NCBI GenBank assembly: GCA_964560425.1
Contig: CAZLLE010000017.1
Location: 9,084-73,083 of the forward strand
DNA from: an uncultured Campylobacterales bacterium
GTDB taxonomy: Bacteria; Campylobacterota; Campylobacteria; Campylobacterales; QNZT01
Length of the DNA: 64,000 nt
Direction of reading: 5' to 3'
Part shown: positions 20,996 to 29,095 of the stretch, in pieces
How positions within the stretch are numbered: position 1 is the stretch's first letter
Layout: every line of letters begins with the position of its first letter
The notes under the pieces: generated by a model
Told to the model about the DNA's origin: nothing
Seen by the model: only the letters and a program-made list of their open reading frames with translations
Databases searched by the model: none
Program-made: the position numbers and the translations under genes

Positions 20996-22278
20996 CTTAA
21001 AAGTTCCTCTCTATTTTTTGACATTTCATAAACCTTTTCCCAAGTAAATGAGAAAAATTGAAATCCCTCTACTGTTACATTATCATGATCTAATTCATGA
21101 ATAACCTCTTCAAGCATTGACTCAAGAGATATTTGAGTATTCAAAATAAAATCAAGACTTTTACTAACTCTAATCTTTTTCATAATATCCATAAGCTCCA
21201 ATACATATTTATCTGCCAAATTCTTTTGAGATTTTTGAAAATATCTACTTACAGCCAAAACAAAAGAGCTAATCAATGCTCCCAAAGTAATAAGAAGTGC
21301 CAAAAAATCGGCATTCTCCTCAAAATAAGATGGATTATCTCTCTCATAAAAACTCTTGGCACCTTCATGTATAGGTAGATTTGATGTATACTCTATATTT
21401 GGCAATGAAACAAATCCTGCAAGATTTGTATATTTCAATAGCTCCAACTGTCTCTCATAAAGTGTTTGAGTAATCTCTTTGATAAATTTTTTGTCCATAC
21501 TTATATTAGCCAATAAAACTCTTTTTACAGATAAAGTATTGATATCTTCTTGTGGAATTGGAGGTTCTCCATTATATGTTCCTTTGGGGATTATACTCTC
21601 CTTTAAAGATAAGTTTTTAAGAGCTAAAGCACCAGTTTGCTTTAGGGAAAGTAGTTTCAAATTACTATTTTTTATAATATTTTTAATATTAATATTCATA
21701 GGAGCTCTAAGAAAAAATATAGCATCTATATCTCTATCCTCAAATGCTTCTGCAATATCCTCCAAAAAAAATGGATAATTTTTAATATCAGCAGGATATA
21801 CACCATAGTGGTTGGCTACAAACCAAAAGGCATTCCATTGACCACTTTTTGTATCAGCTAAAGCCATTTTTTTACCTTTTAAATCAGCAAAAGAGCTAAT
21901 ATTTGCATCTTTTCGCACAATAAGATGATAAAAATCTGAATATAGATTACTAACTATAGAGGCAGAAGGACCTACTTTCATATCCACTTGAGCAATTGCC
22001 AAATCAATATGCCCCTCTTCAAGAAGGTTAATATTGGCACTTGATCCACCAGTATCCATAACTTCTAATCTCATATCAGTTGAATATCTCTGCATAGTTT
22101 TAGAAATTGCCTCTGCAAACATATATGATTCACTATTTTTGTGACCTGCTCCTATTTTGAAAGTTTTATAATTATCATCAGGATAAAAAAAATATTTAAA
22201 AATATGAAAAGATACAAAAATAATTGAAACCATTATCAACACTACAATAAGTTTTTGTAAAAGAGTAAAGTTTTTCAT
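20992..22278 (-). CDS. TAXI-family solute-binding-like protein with an N-terminal anchor, a C-terminal TM helix and a cytoplasmic tail
   Basis: TAXI-like block DTGGSSANINLLEEGHIDLAIAQVD. Hydrophobic helices at both ends of the binding domain, then a helical tail of about 90 aa. Confidence 0.65.
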   Translation of the reverse strand: MKNFTLLQKLIVVLIMVSIIFVSFHIFKYFFYPDDNYKTFKIGAGHKNSESYMFAEAISKTMQRYSTDMRLEVMDTGGSSANINLLEEGHIDLAIAQVDMKVGPSASIVSNLYSDFYHLIVRKDANISSFADLKGKKMALADTKSGQWNAFWFVANHYGVYPADIKNYPFFLEDIAEAFEDRDIDAIFFLRAPMNINIKNIIKNSNLKLLSLKQTGALALKNLSLKESIIPKGTYNGEPPIPQEDINTLSVKRVLLANISMDKKFIKEITQTLYERQLELLKYTNLAGFVSLPNIEYTSNLPIHEGAKSFYERDNPSYFEENADFLALLITLGALISSFVLAVSRYFQKSQKNLADKYVLELMDIMKKIRVSKSLDFILNTQISLESMLEEVIHELDHDNVTVEGFQFFSFTWEKVYEMSKNREELLR

Positions 22279-22324
22279 AGTAAGATTATATCAAATTATT
22301 TGAATAAATTTTGAAGGCTGTTGA

Positions 22325-23440
22325 ATGAATGAGATAGAAACTCCAATATATCTACTAGAAGAGGTCAAATTAGAAGAGAATCTAAAATTACTCAAAGAGG
22401 TACAAGATAGAAGTGGAGTCAAAATATTATTGGCACTCAAAGGTTTTGCACTATATAAAAGTTTTGATCTAGTAAAAAAATATCTAAAAGGGTGCTGTGC
22501 AAGTGGACTACACGAAGCAAAACTAGCACATGAAGAGATGGGTTTAGAACTACATACTTATGCCCCTGCTTTTAAAGATAGTGAATTTGAAGAGATTTTG
22601 GATATCAGTGATCATGTAGTATTCAACTCCTTTTCACAATGGCAAAAATACAAAACTAAAGCACTCAAAAAAACTTCATGTGGTCTTAGAATAAATCCAG
22701 AAGTTTCATCCTCACCAACAGACCTATACAATCCATGTGCTACATTTAGCCGACTTGGAATCACCAAAAAAGAGTTTCAAGAGGATCAGATAGAGGGTAT
22801 AGAAGGTTTACATTTTCATGCTCTTTGTGAACAAAATGCAGATGCACTTGAAGAGGTACTAAAATCATTTGAAAAAAATTTTGGACACCTCATACCAAAA
22901 ATGAGATGGATAAATTTTGGAGGAGGACACCACATCACCAAAAAGGGATATGACAAAGAAAAACTCATATCAATAATCACAAATTTCAAAGCAAAATATC
23001 CAAATATCCAACTATATTTAGAACTAGGCGAAGCCGTAGGCTGGGAGAGTGGAGTATTAATATCAAGCATATTAGATATAGTTCACAATGAAATAGATAT
23101 AGCAATACTAGATACATCTACAGAAGCACACATGCCCGATACCATTATAATGCCCTATCGTGTAGAAGTAAGAGATGCAACCAAAGCAAATAAAAAAAAA
23201 TATACCTATAGACTCACAGGAAATACATGTCTAGCAGGAGATATCATGGGTGATTACTCATTTGATAAGCCTCTAAAAATAGGAGACAAAATCATATTTG
23301 AAGATCAAATGCACTACACAATAGTCAAAAATACAACCTTCAACGGTATCCCCCTACCCTCAATAGGCATTTTAAGAAAAAATGGAGATATAGAGATAGT
23401 CAAAAAGTTTGGCTACAAAGATTATAAAAGACGAGTTTAA
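22325..23440 (+). CDS. nspC: carboxynorspermidine/carboxyspermidine decarboxylase
   Basis: Resembles the Campylobacter-type CANSDC. N-terminal ETPIYLLEE...LLALKGFA (PLP-lysine context), FGGGHH, and size of about 370 aa. Confidence 0.8.
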   Translation: MNEIETPIYLLEEVKLEENLKLLKEVQDRSGVKILLALKGFALYKSFDLVKKYLKGCCASGLHEAKLAHEEMGLELHTYAPAFKDSEFEEILDISDHVVFNSFSQWQKYKTKALKKTSCGLRINPEVSSSPTDLYNPCATFSRLGITKKEFQEDQIEGIEGLHFHALCEQNADALEEVLKSFEKNFGHLIPKMRWINFGGGHHITKKGYDKEKLISIITNFKAKYPNIQLYLELGEAVGWESGVLISSILDIVHNEIDIAILDTSTEAHMPDTIIMPYRVEVRDATKANKKKYTYRLTGNTCLAGDIMGDYSFDKPLKIGDKIIFEDQMHYTIVKNTTFNGIPLPSIGILRKNGDIEIVKKFGYKDYKRRV

Positions 23441-23871
23441 ATCAATAAAATTCGATCCAATAACTCTTGGGAACTTATATCTTTTTTAGAATATAGCTGT
23501 TCAAAATTATTTTGCAAAATAACTTTGAATGGCTCTTTATCTTTTATTTCAAGAATACCAATCAAATTATCAAGATATTCTCCATCTCCTTGTGCAATAT
23601 CAACTGCCAAAGAGTCCATATTATCACTAATAAAATTCTGAGCTTTTCTATAATGATGACGATGATTTTCAAAAGCCTCATCACCGCTAGTAGCATAAGT
23701 AGTACCAGCAGATGAAACTTCAATAGAAGCTCCAATACTCACACCAAAAATATAATCAGCAAAATCCTCCCCCTCAACATGAGAATCTTGATAAGAACTA
23801 TGCCCAATTTGATGAGCCAAAAGTGTCGAAGATATAGACAACAATAAAAAAACAGAAGCTTTTTTCCACAT
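23437..23871 (-). CDS. secreted hypothetical protein (DUF3015-like, tentative)
   Basis: Signal peptide. The C-terminal block NMDSLAVDIAQGDGEYLDNLIGIL resembles DUF3015. Confidence 0.5.
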   Translation of the reverse strand: MWKKASVFLLLSISSTLLAHQIGHSSYQDSHVEGEDFADYIFGVSIGASIEVSSAGTTYATSGDEAFENHRHHYRKAQNFISDNMDSLAVDIAQGDGEYLDNLIGILEIKDKEPFKVILQNNFEQLYSKKDISSQELLDRILLI

Positions 23872-24027
23872 AACAGACTCCTTTATTAAAAGTATATCGT
23901 TCTATCGTGAAAAATATGTGAAAAAAACAAAAAAAATTAACTATATTTCTATATAAAATTAGCATTATTTAAGCTTCCTTCTTGTAAAATCACCACTCAA
24001 ATGTCCTGACACACATTTAAAACATGT

Positions 24028-24102
24028 GGCCCGTTCGTCTAACGGTTAGGACTCCGGCCTCTCACGCCGGCAATAGGGGTTCGAATCCCCTACGGGTCAC
24101 CA
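24028..24102 (+). tRNA. tRNA-Glu (anticodon CTC)
   Basis: Folded by hand. Acceptor GGCCCGT/ACGGGTC, anticodon stem CCGGC/GCCGG with loop CTCTCAC, T-loop GGTTCGAATCC, encoded CCA. Confidence 0.93.
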
Positions 24103-24114
24103 ACTTTTTATATA
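24081..24114 (+). repeat. attL-like copy (authentic tRNA-Glu 3' end plus 12 nt of flank)
   Basis: tcgaatcccctacgggtcaccaactttttatata, repeated at 26685-26719. Confidence 0.7.
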
Positions 24115-24124
24115 ATTATGTAAT

Positions 24125-24374
24125 TACACCCCTATCGTTGAATCTCCATTTTTTATAATATAATTCCAAAAATGATTTAAATAAAGAAGATACAGTTATT
24201 TTTAGTAAATCTAAGTTATTAGAAAAACATTTTAACAAAAGTACAAGTAAAAAAGAGAGAAATTATATTATTCATTCAGCTTATTTGGATGGTTATTCTC
24301 AAATTAAGATTGCAAACTATATTGAATTGTCAAAATCACTTATCTCTAAGTAGAGATTCAACGGTAGGGGTGTA
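24125..24374 (+). mobile_element. decayed element: 22-bp terminal inverted repeats flanking a transposase C-terminal HTH remnant
   Basis: tacacccctatcgttgaatctc (24125-24146) matches the reverse complement of 24353-24374 at 21 of 22 positions. The internal frame reads ...KSTSKKERNYIIHSAYLDGYSQIKIANYIELSKSLISK*, resembling the DnaA-like HTH tail of RayT/IS200-like (COG1943) transposases. There is no start codon and no catalytic part. Confidence 0.45.
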
Positions 24375-24415
24375 GTTTCATATCGGGAAAACAAGACCTC
24401 CATCATCTTTATCTA

Positions 24416-24916
24416 TTAAAAATTATCTATTTCAAAGCGTCCATCTATATTAATATAGCTAATATCTTTTGAAACCAAACATGCAACACTATAATAGAGT
24501 ATTATTTGGTTACATTTGCCATAATGTCTTTTAGGCTCAATTGCTACATTGTTTGCACTTGAACTAATAATTATTTGACTAAAACCACATCCCCGACTTA
24601 CTAAAGGAAATAATAGAAGGTTATCCTTTTCAAAATCAACATTTATATTTTTTAAACTAGAAATCGTTTTTATATTTCGACTAATATTTAAATCTTCTAA
24701 AAATAAGTCATAAGATTCTTGACTAGAGAAAACTTTAGGATAGTCAATTAAGTGGCTATAACTATAAAGTGATACACCCTCCACCTTATCCTTAGTATTC
24801 TCCCCTTTATATATAAAAGTAGCGTTACTATCATCACCACCCAAATCCAAACTACTATTAGAATCCGATCCACACCCAATAAACAAAACCAAAACCAACA
24901 TAACTAAATATTTCAT
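24416..24916 (-). CDS. hypothetical lipoprotein (166 aa) in the islet
   Basis: Signal peptide with lipobox LFIGC. No family recognised. Confidence 0.55.
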   Translation of the reverse strand: MKYLVMLVLVLFIGCGSDSNSSLDLGGDDSNATFIYKGENTKDKVEGVSLYSYSHLIDYPKVFSSQESYDLFLEDLNISRNIKTISSLKNINVDFEKDNLLLFPLVSRGCGFSQIIISSSANNVAIEPKRHYGKCNQIILYYSVACLVSKDISYINIDGRFEIDNF

Positions 24917-25076
24917 AACAAACCTTTTTCTTTTATTGTAGTAAAAAATAGTGTGGGAAAAGTGAAGTTTGTTGGATTTTTCATTTCCATCTAGAAATAA
25001 AGATTTAGTAATCTAATCATATTTTTTCGTTACAATAAAACCAATTTATAAAATATATTTTAATTAGGATTTTACT

Positions 25077-25317
25077 ATGACAAGCACCCAATTACAACGC
25101 CAAATCTGGCAAATAGCCAATGATGTTTGTGGCTCAGTGAATGGTGATGATAGTGTCAATGATGTCATCAAAACAAAAGGGTATTTTATCTACCCTAGCC
25201 AACTCTTTGAAACATTATAGCTATTGAAGCGAGTGCAAATGGCTACCCATCAGAACCCGATATAAAAGGTTTATTTGCTGATTTTGATACTACTATTGTC
25301 GCGGAGATAGAGGCATG
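25077..25317 (+). pseudogene. hsdM: remnant of a type I restriction-modification methylase gene (hsdM N-terminal domain), frameshifted and truncated
   Basis: Frame 1 reads MTSTQLQRQIWQIANDV.G...GYFIYPSQLFETL*. After a frame shift it reads NIIAIEASANGYPSEPDIKGLFADFDTTIVAEIEA*. Both are typical HsdM_N blocks. The methyltransferase catalytic domain is absent, and the remnant stop overlaps the fic ATG. Confidence 0.6.
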
Positions 25318-25920
25318 ATACTAGAAAATAGGCTTGGTATCACAAACCAACTAGAACTCTCAAAAGTAGAAGAGAAGCTAAGCAAACAAAAAGCAAAAGA
25401 GCTTTTTGACTCTGGTGACATTGAAAAAGTGGAGATTGGAATATTTGAGGGGCTAAAGTTTATACACCATTACCTTTTTTCAGATATCTACCCATTTGCT
25501 GGAAAACCAAGAGATACAAACATAGCAAAAGGTGGTTTTAGATTTGCTCCTATGATGTACCTTGAAGCTTCACTAAAGCATATAGACACCATGCCTCAAA
25601 GCACCTTTGAGCAGATAATAGAAAAATATGTAGAGATGAATATAGCTCACCCTTTTCGAGAAGGAAACGGACGAGCCACAAGAATATGGCTTGATTTGAT
25701 ACTAACAAAAGAGCTTCAAAAAGTGATAGAATGGAATAAGGTAGATAAAGATGACTACCTCAGTGCCATGGAGCGAAGTGTTATCAAAGATATAGAGATA
25801 AAATATATACTCAAAAATGCACTCACAGATAATATAAATAATAGAGAACTCTTTATGAACAATATTGATGTAAGCTACTACTATGAGGGTTACACGAAGT
25901 TTAAGACCAAGGAGCTTTAG
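25315..25920 (+). CDS. fic: Fic-domain AMP transferase, class III (NmFic-like, C-terminal inhibitory helix)
   Basis: Fic motif HPFREGNGRATR. The whole length resembles Neisseria NmFic (GGFRFA, KYVEMNIAHPF, RIWLDLIL). The C-terminal SYYYEG fits the inhibitory (S/T)xxxE(G/N) motif. Confidence 0.88.
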   Translation: MILENRLGITNQLELSKVEEKLSKQKAKELFDSGDIEKVEIGIFEGLKFIHHYLFSDIYPFAGKPRDTNIAKGGFRFAPMMYLEASLKHIDTMPQSTFEQIIEKYVEMNIAHPFREGNGRATRIWLDLILTKELQKVIEWNKVDKDDYLSAMERSVIKDIEIKYILKNALTDNINNRELFMNNIDVSYYYEGYTKFKTKEL

Positions 25921-26018
25921 CGATGCAAAAGAGCTACTTTATGGCGTAGAGAGAGAAATTTTGAAAAATAGGAAAGATTAAGTATAATAATTCAAAAGAA
26001 GTATACAAAGGATATATT

Positions 26019-26312
26019 ATGACAAAAAGTGCAAGAAAACAGACATCTATCAAAGTTGATCCAGTAGCATGGGAGAGTGCAAAAGAGATTTTTGCAGGGT
26101 ATGGTATAAGTGTAAGCGATGCTATAAATATATTTTTACATAAAGTCCAAAAAGTTGGTGGACTTCCTTTTGAGATGAGAGATGAAGAGTATAAAGAGCC
26201 TACAAAAGAGGAGATATTAGAAGGACTAAAAGAGGCAGTAGAGGAGGTAAATCTTTACAATCAGGGTAAAATAGAACTTTTAGATGCTAGGGAACTTTTA
26301 GATGAGTTATAG
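26019..26312 (+). CDS. RelB/DinJ-family antitoxin
   Basis: N-terminal ribbon-helix-helix-like block TSIKVDPVAWESAKEIFAGYGISVSDAINIFLHKV typical of DinJ/RelB, with an acidic C-terminal tail. Overlaps the toxin gene by 11 nt. Confidence 0.75.
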   Translation: MTKSARKQTSIKVDPVAWESAKEIFAGYGISVSDAINIFLHKVQKVGGLPFEMRDEEYKEPTKEEILEGLKEAVEEVNLYNQGKIELLDARELLDEL

Positions 26313-26634
26313 TATTAAAACTACAAAAAGATTTAAAAAAGAGTTAAAACAACTTGCAAAAAAGTATAAAAAAATAAAAGTTGATTATAAAAATCTACTT
26401 GATAACTTAGAAAACAATCCAACTCTTGGCACATCTTTAGGTAACGAGTGCTATAAGATTAGAATACAAAATTCCTCTATACCCACAGGGAAAAGTGGTG
26501 GTTTTAGAATTATTACATTGGTAAAAATCAAAAAAGATAAGATTGTATTGCTCACAATTTATAGTAAAACTGAAAAAGAGAGTATCGGAAGGGATGAATT
26601 AGGTACGATACTTGAAGGTTTAGATCATGAGTAA
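26302..26634 (+). CDS. RelE/ParE-superfamily toxin
   Basis: 110 aa. SIKTTKRFKKELKQLAKKY...CYKIRI...GKSGGFRIITLV...IVLLTIYSKTEKESI is the classic RelE/ParE-like pattern. Confidence 0.75.
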   Translation: MSYSIKTTKRFKKELKQLAKKYKKIKVDYKNLLDNLENNPTLGTSLGNECYKIRIQNSSIPTGKSGGFRIITLVKIKKDKIVLLTIYSKTEKESIGRDELGTILEGLDHE

Positions 26635-26640
26635 TCAAAT

Positions 26641-26666
26641 CTACACCTCCTGCTATTGAATATCCA
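26641..26666 (+). repeat. third, diverged copy of the 24125/24353 repeat motif
   Basis: ctacacctcctgctattgaatatcca compared with (c)tacacccctaYcgttgaatctc. It lies just inside the right island boundary. Confidence 0.45.
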
Positions 26667-26684
26667 CTTTTAATAACATCCAAA

Positions 26685-26719
26685 TTGAATCCCCTTCGGG
26701 TCACCATCTTTTTAATATA
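26685..26719 (+). repeat. attR-like partial duplicate of the tRNA-Glu 3' end
   Basis: ttgaatccccttcgggtcaccatctttttaatata compared with the tRNA 3' end at 24081-24114. Confidence 0.7.
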
Positions 26720-26817
26720 GACAAATAAACAAAAGATTCAAAGCCAAAATAATCTATTTAAACAAATATGTGATAAACTTTTTAAGTTATTAATAGATTT
26801 TAAAATTAGGGGAAAAA

Positions 26818-27651
26818 ATGAAGCTTAAACAGAAATTGGGGAATAATTTTAAGCAGAGTATTAAAGTCCAAGATAGGCTTTTTAAAACCAAAAGTGATTA
26901 TCAAAAGATAGAGATATATGAGAGTGATGAGTTAGGTAATATTTTAGTAATTGATGATGAAATTGCCATGACTCAAAAAGATGCACCATCTTATTATGAG
27001 ATGATTGCACAAGTGCCAGTTTGTACACATAGAGAGCCACAAAAGGTATTGATACTTGGTGGTGGTTTGGGTGGAAGTGCTAGGGAAATTTTGCGACATG
27101 AAGATATCTCTATTGATGTTGTTGAGTTAGATGAAGAGATCGTAAATGTTTCAAAAAAATATTTTGGTACTCTATCTAGCTCTTTAGAAAATGATAATGT
27201 CAAACTTACTATCTCAAATGGTATGGACTTTATATCTGATAGTGAAGATAAGAGTTATGATATTATCATCGTTGATGTTTTTTCTCATAATTCACAATAC
27301 AAGGAACTTTTTGAGCCTACTTTTTATGCTCAAGCAAATAGAGTTCTCAAAGATAATGGTCTATTAGTTACTCAAGGTGGTAGCTATAGAGAAGATATAC
27401 AAAATCATAAAGAGTTACTAACTAATGCAGGTTCAAACTTTTGGATTGCAATGCCATATAATTACGAGTTTATGGGTAGAATCAATAACTTTATTTTAGC
27501 ATCCAAAAAATACCATCCAACAGCAGATATTATTCTACAAAGAGCTGATCTTATAGATGATCTTCACTATTATAATAGCGATATTCAAAGATCTTCATTT
27601 ATTATGCCTACATATATCAACAAAGCACTTCTAGGGATTGCAAAAAGATAG
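26818..27651 (+). CDS. speE: spermidine synthase-like polyamine aminopropyltransferase
   Basis: YQKIEIYES...G..LVIDD, VLILGGGLGGSAREILRH, and the IIVDV acidic block. Confidence 0.75.
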   Translation: MKLKQKLGNNFKQSIKVQDRLFKTKSDYQKIEIYESDELGNILVIDDEIAMTQKDAPSYYEMIAQVPVCTHREPQKVLILGGGLGGSAREILRHEDISIDVVELDEEIVNVSKKYFGTLSSSLENDNVKLTISNGMDFISDSEDKSYDIIIVDVFSHNSQYKELFEPTFYAQANRVLKDNGLLVTQGGSYREDIQNHKELLTNAGSNFWIAMPYNYEFMGRINNFILASKKYHPTADIILQRADLIDDLHYYNSDIQRSSFIMPTYINKALLGIAKR

Positions 27652-28254
27652 ATGTTTAAAAATGCTATCGTACTCACAGGAGGAATTGCCACAGGTAAAA
27701 GTAGTGTCTGTAATTTTTTGAGACTTTATGGTTTTGAAATTATAGATGCTGATAGTGTTGCTCATGAGAGTTTAGATGAAAATATTCAAGCCATAGGAGA
27801 GATTTTTGGCTTGGAATATATCAAAAATTCAAAAGTAGATCGTAAAAAATTGGGTAAGCTGATATTTTCAGATGAGAGTTCAAGAGAAAAATTGGAAAAT
27901 TTTATACATCCAATTATCAAAGCCAAAATAAAAAAGCGAAGTGAAGCTTTTGAAAATAAAAATATCCCCTATATCATAGATATACCACTATTTTTTGAGA
28001 AAAAAAATTATGATATCAAAGAGATAATATTAGTTTACGCACCAAAAGAGCAACAGATCAAAAGACTCATGAGTCGAGAAGGCTACAACAAAGAGGAATC
28101 AAATGAGAGAATAAACGCTCAAATGCCAATAGATGATAAAAAATCATTAGCATCTTTTGTAATAGACAACTCCAAAGATCTTAAACATATGCAAAAAGAG
28201 GTAGAGAGATTTCTATCTTATATCAAAATAAAATATCCTACTTTAAAGATTTAA
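27652..28254 (+). CDS. coaE: dephospho-CoA kinase
   Basis: P-loop LTGGIATGKSSV. Size and layout are typical. The start abuts the speE stop. Confidence 0.9.
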   Translation: MFKNAIVLTGGIATGKSSVCNFLRLYGFEIIDADSVAHESLDENIQAIGEIFGLEYIKNSKVDRKKLGKLIFSDESSREKLENFIHPIIKAKIKKRSEAFENKNIPYIIDIPLFFEKKNYDIKEIILVYAPKEQQIKRLMSREGYNKEESNERINAQMPIDDKKSLASFVIDNSKDLKHMQKEVERFLSYIKIKYPTLKI

Positions 28255-28998
28255 ATGAAAATACTATTTTCACCAAGTGAAGCTAAAACATCTGGAGGGA
28301 GAGATCAAAGTTTTGATCAAAATAGCTTTATATTTCCAGAACTTTACAACAAACGAAAAGAGATAGTTGATAAATACAACTCTATGATAAAAAGTGAAAA
28401 TGATGAAAAACTATCAAAACTATTTGGCATAAAAAATCCACAAAAATTTAAACAATATAAAAAAAATATCTACTCTCAACCAACAATGAAAACTATAGAG
28501 CGTTATAGCGGTATTGCATTTGAATATTTAGATTATCAAACATTGACAAATTCACAAAAAAGTTATATTGACCAAAATACAATGATCTTCTCAAATCTAT
28601 TTGGTCCCATCTTGGCAGGAGATCAATTACTACCCGAATACAAACTAAAACAGGGTGAAAAACTAAATGACTTTGTAATAGAAAAATTCTACAAAGAGCA
28701 TTTTAGTACAGCCATTGATAATTGGCTATCAGATGAACCTTTTCTCGATCTAAGAGCTGGTTTTTACAATAAATTTTACAAAACCACAACCAAAGAGTAC
28801 ACAACACTAAAATTTTTAAAAAACAAAAAAGTAGTAAGCCACTGGGCAAAAGCATATAGAGGATTAGTTTTGAGAGCTTTAGCTCAAAATAGTATTCAAA
28901 ATATGGATGAGTTTATGAATATGGAGATTTCAGGATTAGAGATTAGTGAAATTATCAAAATTAAAAATATGAGGCAAATTAACTTTAATATTTTGTAA
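28255..28998 (+). CDS. yaaA: YaaA-family (UPF0246) peroxide-stress protein
   Basis: N-terminal MKILFSPSEAK plus the YSGIAFEYLD and HWAKAYRG blocks. Confidence 0.8.
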   Translation: MKILFSPSEAKTSGGRDQSFDQNSFIFPELYNKRKEIVDKYNSMIKSENDEKLSKLFGIKNPQKFKQYKKNIYSQPTMKTIERYSGIAFEYLDYQTLTNSQKSYIDQNTMIFSNLFGPILAGDQLLPEYKLKQGEKLNDFVIEKFYKEHFSTAIDNWLSDEPFLDLRAGFYNKFYKTTTKEYTTLKFLKNKKVVSHWAKAYRGLVLRALAQNSIQNMDEFMNMEISGLEISEIIKIKNMRQINFNIL

Positions 28999-29095
28999 TT
29001 AATCAGTTCTTAATAAAAGAAAATAGTAAAAAAAAACTTACTCAACACAATCTAAATAATTGTACAATTTTTTAACAAAACAAAAAAGGATAGAA

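Larger units (their letters stand above)
24103..26719 (+). mobile_element. degenerate integrase-less genomic islet inserted at the 3' end of tRNA-Glu
   Basis: Bounded by an imperfect direct repeat of the tRNA 3' end plus flank (24081-24114 vs 26685-26719; 31 of 34 positions match, with one indel). The cargo is accessory: a transposase remnant, an hsdM remnant, fic and a toxin-antitoxin pair. Confidence 0.55.
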
